The position numbers were made by a program, and so were the translations under genes. Shown piece by piece: positions 39,110 to 51,320 of a stretch of 63,389 nt of DNA (position 1 is the first letter of the stretch; the number at the start of each line of letters is the position of its first letter). The notes under the pieces were generated by a model. The model was not told the DNA's origin, ran no database searches, and worked only from the letters and a program-made list of their open reading frames with translations. The DNA comes from Chiloscyllium plagiosum (lineage: Eukaryota), in the NCBI RefSeq assembly GCF_004010195.1, contig NC_057719.1, forward strand, positions 71,278,831 to 71,342,219, written 5' to 3'.

Positions 39110-39920
39110 TATCAGACTGCTTAGCAACATCCAGTTTTAGATGAGAAAAAACTTACATATAGGGAAGACAGAAACTATTGTTTTCAATTCCCACTCCAAA
39201 TTCAGTCCCCCAGCTAGAGACTCAATGCCTCTCCCTTGTAACTGAGACTAAACCAGATTGTTCACAAACTTGTTGTTATATCTGATGTCAAGATGAGCTT
39301 CTGACCACATATTCACGCCATCATATGTCACTTATGGGACCAACTTTGTAATGTTATCAAACATTGAACATACCTCAATTCATCTGCTGGTGAAATCGTC
39401 GTCCCCCTGGCTTTGTTCCCTCTTGACTTGGCTATTATGATGCATTTCTGGCTGGCCACCCACATAGTACCCTATTCACTTGAGATCATCTGAAATTCTG
39501 CTCCCTGTGTCCTTCCTCCCAGCCACTCACCATCCCTGTGCTCTCTGATCTATGTTGACTCCAACTCAATCAATATCTTGATTTTGAAATTCTCATTCTT
39601 GATCCAAATGCCTTCATGTCCTCACTCCTCCCTATCTCTGTGCTCTTCGGTTTTGACTTCTTGAGCATATGCAATCCTAATTGTTCTATCATAATAGCCA
39701 TAGGTTCAGCCACCAAGACTCTGCACCCTGCAATTCCATCCATAAAACTCTCCACCTCTCTACTTACCTTATTTTCTGAAAGACACTCTTTAAACCCAAA
39801 CTTTCACCAAGCATTTGATAAGATATCACTTTAGTGACACTGTCTAGCTTTGCTTTTGTAATGCTCCTGTGAAGTACATGGGGATGTTTTATTTCATGAA
39901 AGGTATTATACAATATTAAT
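39110..39920 (+). mobile_element. Decayed L2 LINE 3' ~800 bp
   Basis: (LN)IGKTETIVF, SxLGYY.A.L.G motifs; tail CTCCTGTGAAG...GGGATGTTTTATTTCATGAAAGG. Confidence 0.75.
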
Positions 39921-39924
39921 AGAA

Positions 39925-40428
39925 AGGGGAAAGATGTTGTGAAACTTGAAAGGGTTCAGAAATGATTTACAAGGATGTTGCCAGGGTTGGAGGATTTGAG
40001 CTATAGGGAGAGGTTGAGTAGGCTAGGGCTGTTTTCCCTGGAGCGTCAGAGGCTGAGAGGTGATCTTGTAGAGGTTTATAAAATCATGAAGGGCATGGAT
40101 AGGATAAATAGACAAAGTCTTTTCCCTGGGGTGGGGGAGTCCAGAACTAGAGGTGAGAGGGGAAAGATGTAAAACAGACCTAAAGGGCAACATTTTTACG
40201 CAGAGGGTAGTACGTGTATGGAATGAGCTGCGAGAGGATGTGGTGGAGGCTGGTACAATTGCAACATTTAAAAGGCATTTGGATGGGTATATGAACAGGA
40301 AGGGTTTGGAGGGATATGGGCCGGGTGCTGGCAGGTGGGACTAGATTGGGTTGGGATATCTGGTTGGCATGTACAAGTTGGAGCGACGGGTCTGTTTCTG
40401 TGCTGTACATCTCTATGACTCTATGACT
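39925..40428 (+). mobile_element. CR1 LINE 3' fragment
   Basis: MLPGLEDLSYRERLSRLGLFSLERQRLRGDLVEVYKIM; tail repeat CTCTATGACTCTATGAC. Confidence 0.95.
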
Positions 40429-40521
40429 ACCAACTCATCAACATCCAACGAGTCTACAATCACTAGCAATATATAATACAGCTGTGTATGAGGTATCCAA
40501 GAAGCAGCCATGACTTTTACA

Positions 40522-40700
40522 TTGAGAAGATTTGTAGCTCAGGTTGAGGTTCTGGATGTAGGTTTGCTCGCTGAGTTGGAAGGTTCATTTCTAGACATTC
40601 CATCACACTACTAGGGAACATCTTCAGTGAGCCTCCAGGCGAAGCACTGCTGATGATTCTTGCTTTTTATTTATATGTTTGGGTTACTTTGGGTTGGTGA
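40522..40700 (-). mobile_element. Penelope-like pLTR fragment of a second family, with degenerate hammerhead-like core
   Basis: Minus strand GGAGGCTCACTGAAGATG...GTCTAGAAATGAACCTTCCAACTCAGCGAGCAAACCTACATCC. Confidence 0.55.
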
Positions 40701-41624
40701 GAGATTGAATGAGTATAAGACAAGGGAGGTTGTAATCCTGCAAGGATTTCAATCGTGCTATCTATCCTTCGTCTTATCATCTTGGCCATTTCTTGTCCTT
40801 CGTTCATCACTAGAAAACCGATTCAACATTTACTTATTTTCTCCTAGACTAAAAACACCAGTGTAGGGTTCTTCAATTGTGTGACCTTAACCATGAGTGT
40901 CAGGAGTTACACCCGAAACATTGATTCTCCTGCCCCTCTGTTCAAACCGGTTCAACATCTCCATTAGTCAATATCACTCATACAAGCCATGTCACTCATT
41001 TGGTGTACACATTCAAATAAGACCATCCATCAGTCCACCTCAATGCATTCTCACACTCAGTAAACTAACCAGTGACTTTCTGAAATGTTCAAACCTTTGC
41101 CTGAGTCTCCTAGAATCTGATGACTCTAGGGTTTTTCTGATTCTCTCCAGTTGCTACCCCTCCCCTTCAGCTGGTGGAAATTCTGCTGCCTCTTTCTCCC
41201 CTGACCATGGTACCATTGGCAGCTGGCCTTAGGGAAAGGCTCTGCCCTGCTGGGAGTCTCCTGCACAGTGGCAGGAAGCCCCTACGCCATTGCAGCACTT
41301 GTGAGTATCTGGCAGAGAAGAGGCTGCTCCCATCAGAATTGCAGGGTGAGGTGCCATCAGCTGCTGCTGACACTCCACCATGGAGTCCAGTTGCCCTCAG
41401 AGAGGGAGCAAGTACTGGATGTGACTGCAGGCTCCCAGTCCTGCAATTGGCCAATTTCCCAGCCACTGAGCAGAGAGGGAAGGCTATGCAGTACAGGTTG
41501 GAGCACATACCCATGATTACTTATGCAGTCTGCTGGGTTTGAGCCATGCCTGTCTGTCCATGGAGGTAGTTGCACATTAGTTGAGCAGGTGAACACAGTA
41601 TTTAACAGACATAGTTCTTCCAGT

Positions 41625-41905
41625 ATTTGTTTAAAATTGTCACCCCTCATACTGACATACCAACTAGTGAAAAAAGAATATCCTTCTTTACCCTGTCAGG
41701 ATTTTTCACAATTTTGAACACCTCAAGAAGGTCACCTCTTAATCTTCTCTGCTCCAAGGAGAATAAGCCCAATTTCTGTAATCTTTTATTGAATCTAAAA
41801 TCCCTCATTCCTGATATCAATCTAGAAAATCTCCTTTGCACTCTCTGCAAGGTTTTCACATTGTTTCTTAGCTAAGGTGCCCAGAACGGAACCCATTACT
41901 CCGAA
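41625..41905 (-). mobile_element. CR1 fragment
   Basis: LQRVQRRFSRLISGMRDFRFNKRLQKLGLFSLEQRRLRGDLLEVFKI. Confidence 0.9.
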
Positions 41906-42121
41906 TTAGCAGACAAATGCATGCTTATATCCACCAGGGATCAGACTGAGATCATCCATCCTCATTATAACCAGGATTCTTACAGCCTGCAAGAAAGGAG
42001 GAAACCTATCCTGTCCATCTGTAGCTCTTAATTAAAGTGTACAGTAAGCTACCTCCAAGCATCAGTCATTCTGCAGTTCAGTAGATTTACTCATTAGCCA
42101 AAGATAGCTGCACTCTACATC

Positions 42122-42205
42122 GACCGACTTGACACTGACATTTTCTACAAACCCACCGATTCCCACAGCTACCTGGATTACACCTCTTCCCACCCTACCT
42201 CTTGC
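42122..42205 (+). mobile_element. Short Penelope-like RT fragment
   Basis: DRLDTDIFYKPTDSHSYLDYTSSHPTSC, the PLE RT thumb motif. Confidence 0.85.
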
Positions 42206-42324
42206 GCAATGTTAAGGGATCTCTAGATATTGTGTCTTTTTTCATGGGATGTTAAACCAAGGGATAAAAACTGGGGAAGAAACTAAGGAGAATACGGTTG
42301 CTTTTTAAAATTTATTCTTGAGAT

Positions 42325-42680
42325 ATTCTTGAGGCTTACTGGCCCAGCCTTTACTACCCCATCCCTAATTCTGCTTGAACTGAGTGTCTTGCTCGGCCAT
42401 TTCAGGGGCAGTTAAGATTCTGTCAACCATATTGCTGTGTGTCTGAGGTCACGTGAGGGCCAGACCATGGAAGGATGGCAGGTTTACTTCCAAGGGGCAT
42501 TAGTGAACCAGATGGGTATTTAATCAATCGACAATGGTTATATGGTTAACATTGACTAGATTATAATTACAAATTAAAACTTCACCATTTGCCATGGTAG
42601 GATTTAAACCCACATCTGCATGACATTGATGTAAGGTTCAGGATGAATACTAGTCCAGTGACATTACCACTTTACCGTGA
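42325..42680 (-). mobile_element. tRNA-derived SINE sharing its 3' tail with the LINE at 9693 and 57520
   Basis: Head AGTGGTAATGTCACTGGACTAGTA...GGGTTTAAATCC; tail AATTAGGGATGGGGTAGTAAAGGCTGGGCCAG. Confidence 0.75.
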
Positions 42681-42734
42681 CCTTAGGATCGTTTATTTCC
42701 TCCTGAGAGGGAAGGTGGAGCCACAGATTAATGC

Positions 42735-42870
42735 TGCATCTGAAAGGTGACACCTCCGGCAGTGCAGAGCTCCCTCAGTACTGCACTGCAAGTGACCCCT
42801 TGACTGATAAACTTAAATCCTGGAATGTGTCTCGAGCCCATGACCATCCATCAACTGAACCATGGCTGAC
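42735..42870 (-). mobile_element. Deu-type SINE head fragment
   Basis: Minus strand GTCAGCCATGGTTCAGTTG...GTGCAGTACTGAGGGAGCTCTGCACTGCCGGAGGTGTCACCTTTCAGATG. Confidence 0.65.
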
Positions 42871-42879
42871 TCACATAAG

Positions 42880-43198
42880 ATCTGATGAAGAGCTTAGGCC
42901 TGAAACATCGATTCTCCTGCTTCTCAGATGCTGCCTGACTGGCTGTGCTTTTCCAGCACCACACTCTTCGACTCACACAATTAAACTCACACGTGAAATT
43001 TGACATCTCACTAGACACACCCCCATCCTCCTCTAGCTTATCTCTCCATGCTTCAGGCTCTCTGCCTTTACTCCTGATGAAGGGCTTTTGCCCGAAACGT
43101 CGATTTTACTGCTCCTCGGATGCTGCCTGAACTGCTGTGCTCTTCCAGCACCACTAATCCAGAATCTGGTTTCCAGCATCTGCAGTCATTGTTTTTAC
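42880..43198 (+). mobile_element. Two direct-orientation Penelope pLTR fragments (42880-42975, 43020-43198)
   Basis: CTGATGAAG...GAAAC..CGATT..CTGCT...GATGCTGCCTGA...TTCCAGCACCAC in both. Confidence 0.8.
43072..43103 (+). ncRNA. Minimal hammerhead ribozyme motif (Penelope-type)
   Basis: CUGAUGA-A-[GGGC UUUU GCCC]-GAAAC-GUC; activity not shown. Confidence 0.65.
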
Positions 43199-44493
43199 AT
43201 CCTTATTTCTAAGGCCACTGTGTGCAGGATTGTGTAGTTTTGATATGCAAATGACAAAGGTATTATTTAATGGTCCAAGACTTCCTTCTTGTCTGGTTGT
43301 AATCATTGACTTACATGGCTTACTTCTCCCCAGCAGTTTGAATCGCCTTCAGTGCACGAGCTGGAATGTCTTTAACTCGTCAGTAATTGTATTTTACAGT
43401 ACAGCAGCACAATCTTTGCTGTTTACTAATGTTAAACTTGGCTTGTAACTCAAAAGACACGGTCTGATCAGACTTAGGAGTAAAGTAAAGTAAGATTCTC
43501 TGGAGGATTTGGTCTCATACCACATTGTTTACCAGTGTCAAAACAGTGTAGTTTCAAAGCTGATTTTTAAATTGTTTGGGAGTTCCTTGTACTTCCTGAA
43601 ACCTTTGTAATATACCTTCCCTCAATTTAAATGTTTTGACAGTGTTGCATTTGTTTTTATTTACAGATAAAGTCTTTAGTTATAACATGTGATACAAGCC
43701 TTTGTTCCAGCGGGAAACTCCTTACTCTCCTAATTTTAGACAAATACATTACGCCCCTGTCATCTTTTATGGTACGCTGACAGCATGTAATTTTTTTTAA
43801 ACAAGTAACTAGATTTTCTGAAGCCTAATATGAGAAAATTCAAACAGCATGCCACCTCAGGTATGAGGACTGGAGAGGGGTTTCTGTTACTGAATGGAAG
43901 AACACAAGGATCCATCATCATTCACCATTCACTGCACTCCTTCACCTCTTTGCTCCCTTCTGCATCCAATTAAAGAAAACCCGCCCTCAACTCACTTCAC
44001 ACACATTCTCAAGCTCCCAACTGCATTGTCTATAACCCCCATGTTCATCATTACTTTTCTGTACGTGATGATTTGCTCAACAATTCCTTCTCATCCATTT
44101 TAATGCCTTACTCCTTCAGTACTCTTTAATAAATCATATTTTTATCAGTTTCCGGCCTCAAAAATTGCTTTCTCAATCTCAAGGATATAAAATTGAGCAT
44201 ACTTGGTGCATAACTGGCTCAGAAACCCAATACCAGATTGCATTTGACCAGATCTGTTGCATTAGGCTGAGGTTCCTCTGCCAAAAATGGCTGTCTTTCT
44301 TCAATCAGCTTGGAGAGCTAATATTGACTGTTTGTCTCCACTGAAATCACCTTTGGAGTGGGTCTTACTTATTTCATACATATTCATGTATAATAAATTG
44401 TTTCAGGAACTCTTGGGTACCTTCATACCTCAGTCAGGGTCAAACTGTTCAATTGTCTCTGCTGTTTCTTCCTCCTTTCCCTGGACCTCATCA

Positions 44494-45150
44494 GGGGCTG
44501 AATTTTACAAGCTCTGCGCAGTTGTCCTGGGAAGCGGGAGAGTCTGTCAGGGAAGATAAGGCTCAGCTCCCTTAATATTCTTGACACAATGGCATGTTAT
44601 CAGAGGCAGGGAAGGTGGAGAATGACTATCCTGCCAGAGTCTGTGCCACTTACTGGTCAAATAATGGCCTCTTCCCACTGCTCCAGCATTTGGTCAATGG
44701 CGATTTGGCCCTGTGGCCCCTGAGGAGACTACCTGGTGAACCCTGAAGGCCCTCTTAATCAAGTGTCCCATGGTCCACAAAGAGGTCAGACCCATGGTAA
44801 TACTTCCCAATCCTCCCATCAATATGCCCAGCACATCACTGGGGCCTGTCAGAGTGGCCCTGCTAACCTTCAATCCCATTCACCATGTTGAGAATGGTGC
44901 TCGTTTTCCAGGCTGGGTGCAGCCACTGCTCCCAGTGGCACTGCTGAGCTGCCCACCTCTGTTCAACAGCCTCTGAAGGTGGACACCAGCTCTTAAAGAA
45001 ATGGGTGTCCCATAGAAAGGGGAGGGGCCTGGAATTTGACTGGGAGTCCACCAAATGGAAGAGGCTGACTTACCTCCAGTTTTCTGGCTCATGATTGAGG
45101 CATTCTTCAGCTCAGCAAAATTCAATTGTTTCCATCGGCTCACAAAATCT
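44494..45150. mobile_element. Non-autonomous DNA transposon-like element
   Basis: Starts GGGGCTGAATTTTAC; GC-richer non-coding body; degenerate right end ...CAAAATCTC. Confidence 0.35.
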
Positions 45151-45364
45151 CATTTCCATTGATTCCTAACCATCAAACATTGTTATGAACTGGTTTTGAA
45201 AATGGTCTCTCCATTTTGAAAATGATCTTTCACCTCTTGCTACATTGCCTTTTCCTAACTTCTGTCACCTCTCTTTTCTCTCAAGACGCTTTGAACATTG
45301 TGTTGCCAACTAGGTTAATTCCCGTCTTATAATGTTTCTGCACTTATAGGTAAACCAGAAATGA

Positions 45365-46485
45365 AATAAAAATAATTCATAGCTTTACCCAGAAGACTGG
45401 GGAAGTTGGTGAATACTAATAGGAAGCCAGAAGATTGGGAAGCCTTGAAAAACCAGCAGAGGACAATGATAAAAGCAATTAGATGGAGAAGATGAAGTAA
45501 ACGTTTTACTAATGGAAAAAAAGATTGCACAACTTTTTTTCTGGATCTATAAAAGGCAAGAGCGAGACAACAGTGGGCATTGAACCATTGGAAAATGAGG
45601 CTGAAAGTAGGAATTGGGAGCAAAGAAATGGTGGAGTAACTGAACAGGTACTTTGCATCAGTTTTCATGGTCGAAGACACTAACAGCATTACAGAACTTC
45701 AAGAGAACGGGGGTGGAAGTGAGTTTCGGTTATGTACTTTGGTAGGAAGAATAGAGGCATAAAATACTTTCTAAGTGGGAAGAAATTTCATAAATCTGAA
45801 GCACAAATGGACTTAAAATTCCAAGTTGACGGTTCTTTTAAGATTAACTTATAGGTTCAGTTGGCAGTTAAGAAGGCAAATGCAATATTAGCATTCATTT
45901 CAAGAGAGATAGAATACATAGCAGGGATTTACTGCTAAGGCTGTAACAGGCATTGGTCAGAGTGCAGTTGGAGTATTATGAGCAATTTTGGGCCTCGTAT
46001 CTAAGGAAACATGTGCTGGTCTTGGAGGGTGTCCAGAGGAAGTTTACAAGAATGATCCCATGGATGAAGAGCTTGTCAGGAGCAGTTGAGGACTCTGGGT
46101 TTGTACTCATTGGAGTTTTGAGGATGAAGAGAAATCAGTTTGAAACTTATAGGATACTCATTAGCCTGGATAGAGTGGACATGGAGAAAATATTTCCATT
46201 AGCAGGAGAGACCAAGGGCACAGCCTCAGAGTGAAGGGATGACCCTTTAAAACTGAGATGAGGAGGAATATCTTCAGCCAGAGGATGGTTAATCTGTGGA
46301 ACACATTGCCACAGAGGACTGTGGAGACCAAGTCATTGAATATCTTTAAGACAGAGATAAATAGGTTCTTGATTGGTAAGGGGATGGAAGGTTACAGGGA
46401 GAAAGCAGTAGAATGGGTTTGAGAAACATACCAGCCATGATTGAATGGCAGAGCAGACTGGAAGGACCTCTGCTCCTATATCTTA
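45365..46485 (+). mobile_element. Decayed, internally deleted CR1
   Basis: LNRYFASVFMVED; VRVQLEYYEQFWASYLRKHVLVLEGVQRKFTRMIP; tail CTGCTCCTATATCTTATG. Confidence 0.85.
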
Positions 46486-47317
46486 TGGAATGCTATTATA
46501 TTTAGACTGTTCCATTGCCAGTTGCATATAGTAAGAGTTCCTCTTTTGTGTAAACATAGACAAAACATTCATGTTGTTCTCTTCAAATTCAAGTTCCTTG
46601 GGTGTGATCAAAGAGTTGTTTTGCTGTAGCTTGTGAAGAAGACTGTAAAGGTTGAAGATTATTTTCTAAATGTATTAGAATATCGACTTAAGTTCAAGAT
46701 GCTTGATTTCCCTCAACAACTCAACTGTCAAAATATTTTCACTGCCAAAAGTATATTAAAAATTAATCCTTTGTCTCATTTCAGAGCAATGTGTGTTGCA
46801 AACCTTTTAATAGAGTGCTCTTTTCACCAAGTTGTAGCTGCTGTTACCCAATTAGGTCAAGCTCTGAGAAAATATGATTCATCTAACTGCGCTAATCTCA
46901 TTAGGCTGATAATGTAATTCAGCACAAAATTGCTTCATGTGGTATATACACAAAGGTAAATACCACTGGAATATGTAGGAGTTACAAATGACAAACCCAT
47001 TGTTCTTGATGAGATTAATCTGATTAACAGAAACATGTTATTTTGGATTGAACATTAACTGGACAGGAGAACATTCTGAAAACAGGTTCTGAGTCTAGCA
47101 ATTTGGGCATTTGGATGGAAGACACAATGTGGTATCAGATTTTACTGTCAGCATCTATTTGATGACCACTGGATGGGCAGTTGTAGTAGTTGGGAGGATA
47201 TCCCAGTAACTGAACAGCAGCAGGTACTGTACAGGGGCATCCAGCTTAGCAGCATCATCTAGGTAACTGAAATGAGATGAACAAAGAAAATTTTCAAGAA
47301 GTGGCTTCACTTAGAGT

Positions 47318-47640
47318 GAGGTGGCTCCCACGGCTCAGTATGCTTCCTTGGAGATATTTCACTGGAAGGCCATGCCCAGGAAGCAATCATGGGTCTCAGG
47401 GGATGTCAGCAATCAAAGAGTGGTCAGACAAACACATTTGCAGTTCCACAAGTAATTTGATTATCTGGTGTGCTGCCAAGGTGAGTGAGTGTGTGAGTGT
47501 CATTTGTGATCCCAAGCTTGCAGCCCTGCCTGGAATAGAGGCACTGACAAAATGTGAGAAGTGTTGCCAAGCCAACCATTGATAAGGACCTGGTGCCAAT
47601 ATTCACAGTGAAATGCACAATTACCTCACCGTGTAGTACC
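47318..47640 (+). pseudogene. Decayed Harbinger Myb/SANT gene remnant
   Basis: Frameshifted VAP(R)LS(D)ASLEI; PAW; RTWCQ....NYLT (cf. RTW.QC.KR.NDLT). Confidence 0.5.
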
Positions 47641-48334
47641 TGGTCACTTGGAGTTGATCACTTGGAATTGATGACTTCATTGCCAATGGCCATTTGTAGC
47701 TGCACTCTCAGCTAATGGAGGTAATGGAGCTGGGAGCAGTTTTAGCCAACAGCCTGTAATGGAGAGTATGGAGTTCATCAGGACTGAGTTGCTTCATGGA
47801 GAGCACTTCTCAGGGTGTTGCAGTCATTGATGGCCTTTCTTCGAACCCTTTGACAGTGACACCGGCGCATTATAAAGCTGCAATAACTGAGGCAAAGGAG
47901 CACCCCATATTTGCTGAGAACCTCTAGGCCATAGGCTAATGGAGGAGGTTTGTCTTTTAAAGCACCAAGGCAATCAGCCTACTTGCACTTCACATAACAG
48001 AGAGCAATTTGCAGCATCCACAAGCATTTGTGTAAATTCACTTGATTACACTTGGTTCTCTCTGGGAGAAAATCTATTATTGATTGTCAAAGAAATGTCT
48101 ATATGTATATGAGTCATGTTTTGCTTTAAATATCATTTTAAGATGTTGAAAAGGTCTACACTACAATAGGGAGTGCATACCTTGGCTTGATGTCACAACA
48201 GCTCCATTACGATGGTAAGGACATTTAAGGAAAGGCAATCAATGCTACTTAAAGCAGAAGTCTGAATCATTTATAAGGTTAATCTCAGGGTAAAAAAGGG
48301 TGTATCCCTCACTCTCACCTGTTGACACTACCAC

Positions 48335-48950
48335 AAAAACAGAAATTGCTGGAAAAGCTCAGCAGGTCTGGCAGCATCTGTGGAGAGAAAGCAGAGTTAA
48401 TGTTCTGGGTCGAGTGACCCTTCCTCAAAACTGATGGTAGCTAGAGAGTAACAATAGGTAGAGATAGAGCCCAAAGAAAGAGAAGAATAGTTGGACAAAC
48501 AAAGGAATGGATAATGATCTGCTAGGAGGGTAAATAGCTATTAATGGAGACTGTTAGTGGCTAATAGTGGGTTGTGACTAACAGCAGACTATGTGATAAC
48601 AAAGCCTGATTTGTGGAGGTTGGGGGAAGGACATGGAAGAGCTCAAGCCCTAAACTCGATGTTGGGTCCAGAAGGCAGCAGGGTCGCCAAGCAGAAACTG
48701 AGGTGCTGTTCTGGAGGGTAAATAGCTATTAATGGAGACTGTTAGTGGCTAATAGTGGGTTGTGACTAACAGCAGACTATGTGATAACAAAGCCTGATTT
48801 GTGGAGGTTGGGGGAAGGACATGGGAGAGCTCAAGCCCTAAACTCGATGTTGGGTCCAGAAGGCAGCAGGGTCGCCAAGCGGAAACTGAGGTGCTGTTCT
48901 TCCAGCCTGCACTGAACTTCATTAGAGCACTACAGCAAGACTGAGACTGA
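48335..48950 (-). mobile_element. Penelope-like element 3' end (GIY-YIG C-terminus + pLTR) containing a 188-bp tandem duplication (48525-48712 / 48713-48900)
   Basis: Minus strand CRLEEQHLSFRLATLLPSGPNIEF; pLTR GATGCTGCCAGACCTGCTGAGCTTTTCCAGC. Confidence 0.85.
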
Positions 48951-49099
48951 AATGTTAGCTCTGTTGACATTACTGCTCAAGAAGCAGATGGATCTGCCCA
49001 TCACAGCGCATTTATAGAAAGGTGGTGTGTAAAATGGCAGGCAACTGGAAGCTCAGGGTCTTTTTTACAGACAGACACCTCTTGAGTACATTGGAATTG

Positions 49100-49960
49100 T
49101 CTGCCTCCAGACCTATCCAAATCTTCTTCAGAGGAGACAATATGTTCAGGTCAATCTCATTCTCCAAGGCTACTGTTTTCTTGAAGGCCAGGTTGCGCAG
49201 AGCACATTTTACCACAATGATACATGTAATCCTTGAAGATGCTAAATTCAGGGCTTTGCCCAGATCTATCCAGGCAAACGCCACTTTATGAAGGCTTAGG
49301 ACTGCCTCATTGGTTATCCACATGACTGCAGTTCTGGGTGTTCTCTGCGTCTGTGATTTTGCATAGCTATAAGGGTCCATGTCTAAAATACATAGCTCTT
49401 GTCACCTATCCTCAGAGGCATTTGGATAGCCTGAACTGTTAAGGCATTAGCGACTGTCACAGGATGAATGAGTTGTGATAGCTTCCTGGAACCATGCGCA
49501 CATTGGCAAGATCCACTTGCATGATTGCATTCAAGTTGTTCATTAAATACCTTTCAGATGATGAAGGCTCCTGGCTATCCGGTGGAATCATTTGGAGCCA
49601 CCTGATTGCAGTCAAATACCCCATGCAACTGAAGGAATCCAGCAATGGGAACAAATCCTTGCACTCTGTTGGTCTTACTAGCCTATTTTGTGCAAAGCCA
49701 TATGAATTGGCCCATTCTGTGGTACAAGTCATCTTGGTGCAACAACAGAGCGCTGACTGAACAATCTCAGAGCTATCTCCAGAGGATCCTTGGAGTGGTC
49801 CTGACGTGAGGGCTAAGGTGATCCTGACTGCCATAGACAACCATATCCCAGTGCCTCAAACCATCCTTCAATATTGCCCTCAGTTCCAATACCAGCTGCT
49901 CAGGGAGTCACAAGCTTTGCACTCATACTCTTCCAGTTACTGCAGAACCAGTAAAATTCA
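49100..49960 (-). pseudogene. Decayed Harbinger (HARBI1-like) transposase
   Basis: MAVRITLALTSGPLQGSSGD..IVQSA..C; VPGSYHNSFIL; RITCIIVVKCALRNLA (cf. PGS.HD..IL and CC.LHNLA). Confidence 0.85.
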
Positions 49961-51222
49961 AACCTTAGTTCCTGTCCTGGCAACTGCCTGGCTGGATCAA
50001 ATACTGCAGCTGCCTCTAAAAGCTCACTGGTTCACTTTTACCTTCTTTCAGATAAACCCCTTTTTATGTTTTGTATTTCAGAACCTGCATTAATGATGTT
50101 AAATGGTGATGTTTGGTGACATGAGTTTTGTAAACATCATTTAGCCGATTCTCTCTTGCAATATGCAGCCTATCAAAATATGATTGATTCAGACATTACA
50201 TTTTGCCTGGGAATGAAAATAACACTTTTATTCACTACGTTGCAGTCTGTAGCATTTCTTGAATATGTTCAGTGTACCTTGCAAAAAAACTAAAGCAAAA
50301 CTCTCAATAATGTCATACCCATATTTAGATAGTTTCATCCATTTTGCTTTGCTTTGCCTTGGGGGTTGGTATATCTCCAGCAGATCTCCATTGCTTATTA
50401 GGCAGATAGATGTAGAATAAGATGCATGGGATATATGTAGTGAATCATTCCACCTGAAGTATATATAAACTGTAAGCAAAGTAAGTCCCTTTGTACTTCC
50501 TAAGCTTATCTTTAATTGCCTCTCAACACAAACAAAAAAATATGGGGTCTTCAGAGACACATTCATCTTGATTGCAAGAGAAGATCTTCATTCTTGCAAG
50601 TAATGGAAAGAACAAATGGTCTTTATGCCAACAGAAACATCCCAGCAGATAGAGAGGATTCCTAAATCTGTGGGTAACTGAAACATTATTTCCAGCACAG
50701 GAATGAGGCAGAGTGAAGGGGGAGGTAGGCATTTTAATTCAGAGATCTAGGCTTTACAGTGCAAACACATTTCTCATGTTTTCAACCTGGTTAATGTCGG
50801 AAAGACAGAAAGCTGGTGTTGCTCCATGAGCCTTGTTCAACATGTGATGCAAAGGTCAATACTAAAGGAGCTGCTTGCACTTTTTAGTGATTTGTGCTTT
50901 TACATAGGCTCATCACTGTGCATGTATCGATCAACATTTCCACCAGTAAAGGCAAGGCAGCCTATATCGATGGTAAATGGCACCAAATTACCCTTACTCG
51001 GACAGGCTACTTCACAGCTTCCAATAGGGTTCCTTGGGCTCGTGACAGGGTAATCTCTTACAGTGATATTTTCCAGGATGAGAATCAACCCTTGAGGTGG
51101 GTTCTGGAGTACTACTGGAAAAGTTGTCTTGAAGTACTGCAAATGAAGAAGAAAAATTATAGTTATGTGTGAGCTGGATGGTTTTGTGAAGATGTGGCAT
51201 GCATTAGAACTCTAAATGACGC

Positions 51223-51320
51223 AGGTTCTAGACTAGAGTGGTGCTGGAAAAGCACAGCAATTCAGGCAGCATCCGAGGAGCAGGGAAATCGATGTTTCGG
51301 GCAAAAGCCCTTCATCAGGA
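51223..51320 (-). mobile_element. Single Penelope pLTR arm with hammerhead core
   Basis: Minus strand TCCTGATGAAGGGCTTTTGCCCGAAACATCGATTTCCCTGCTCCTCGGATGCTGCC. Confidence 0.85.

Noticed and set aside
41167..41650. Overlapping 80-120 aa ORFs on both strands
   Set aside because: GC-richer segment with few stops and no protein motif; probably an unclassified repeat
49012..49840. Domesticated HARBI1 host gene
   Set aside because: Multiple frameshifts and a mutated catalytic motif (HN for HD) indicate a dead transposon copy
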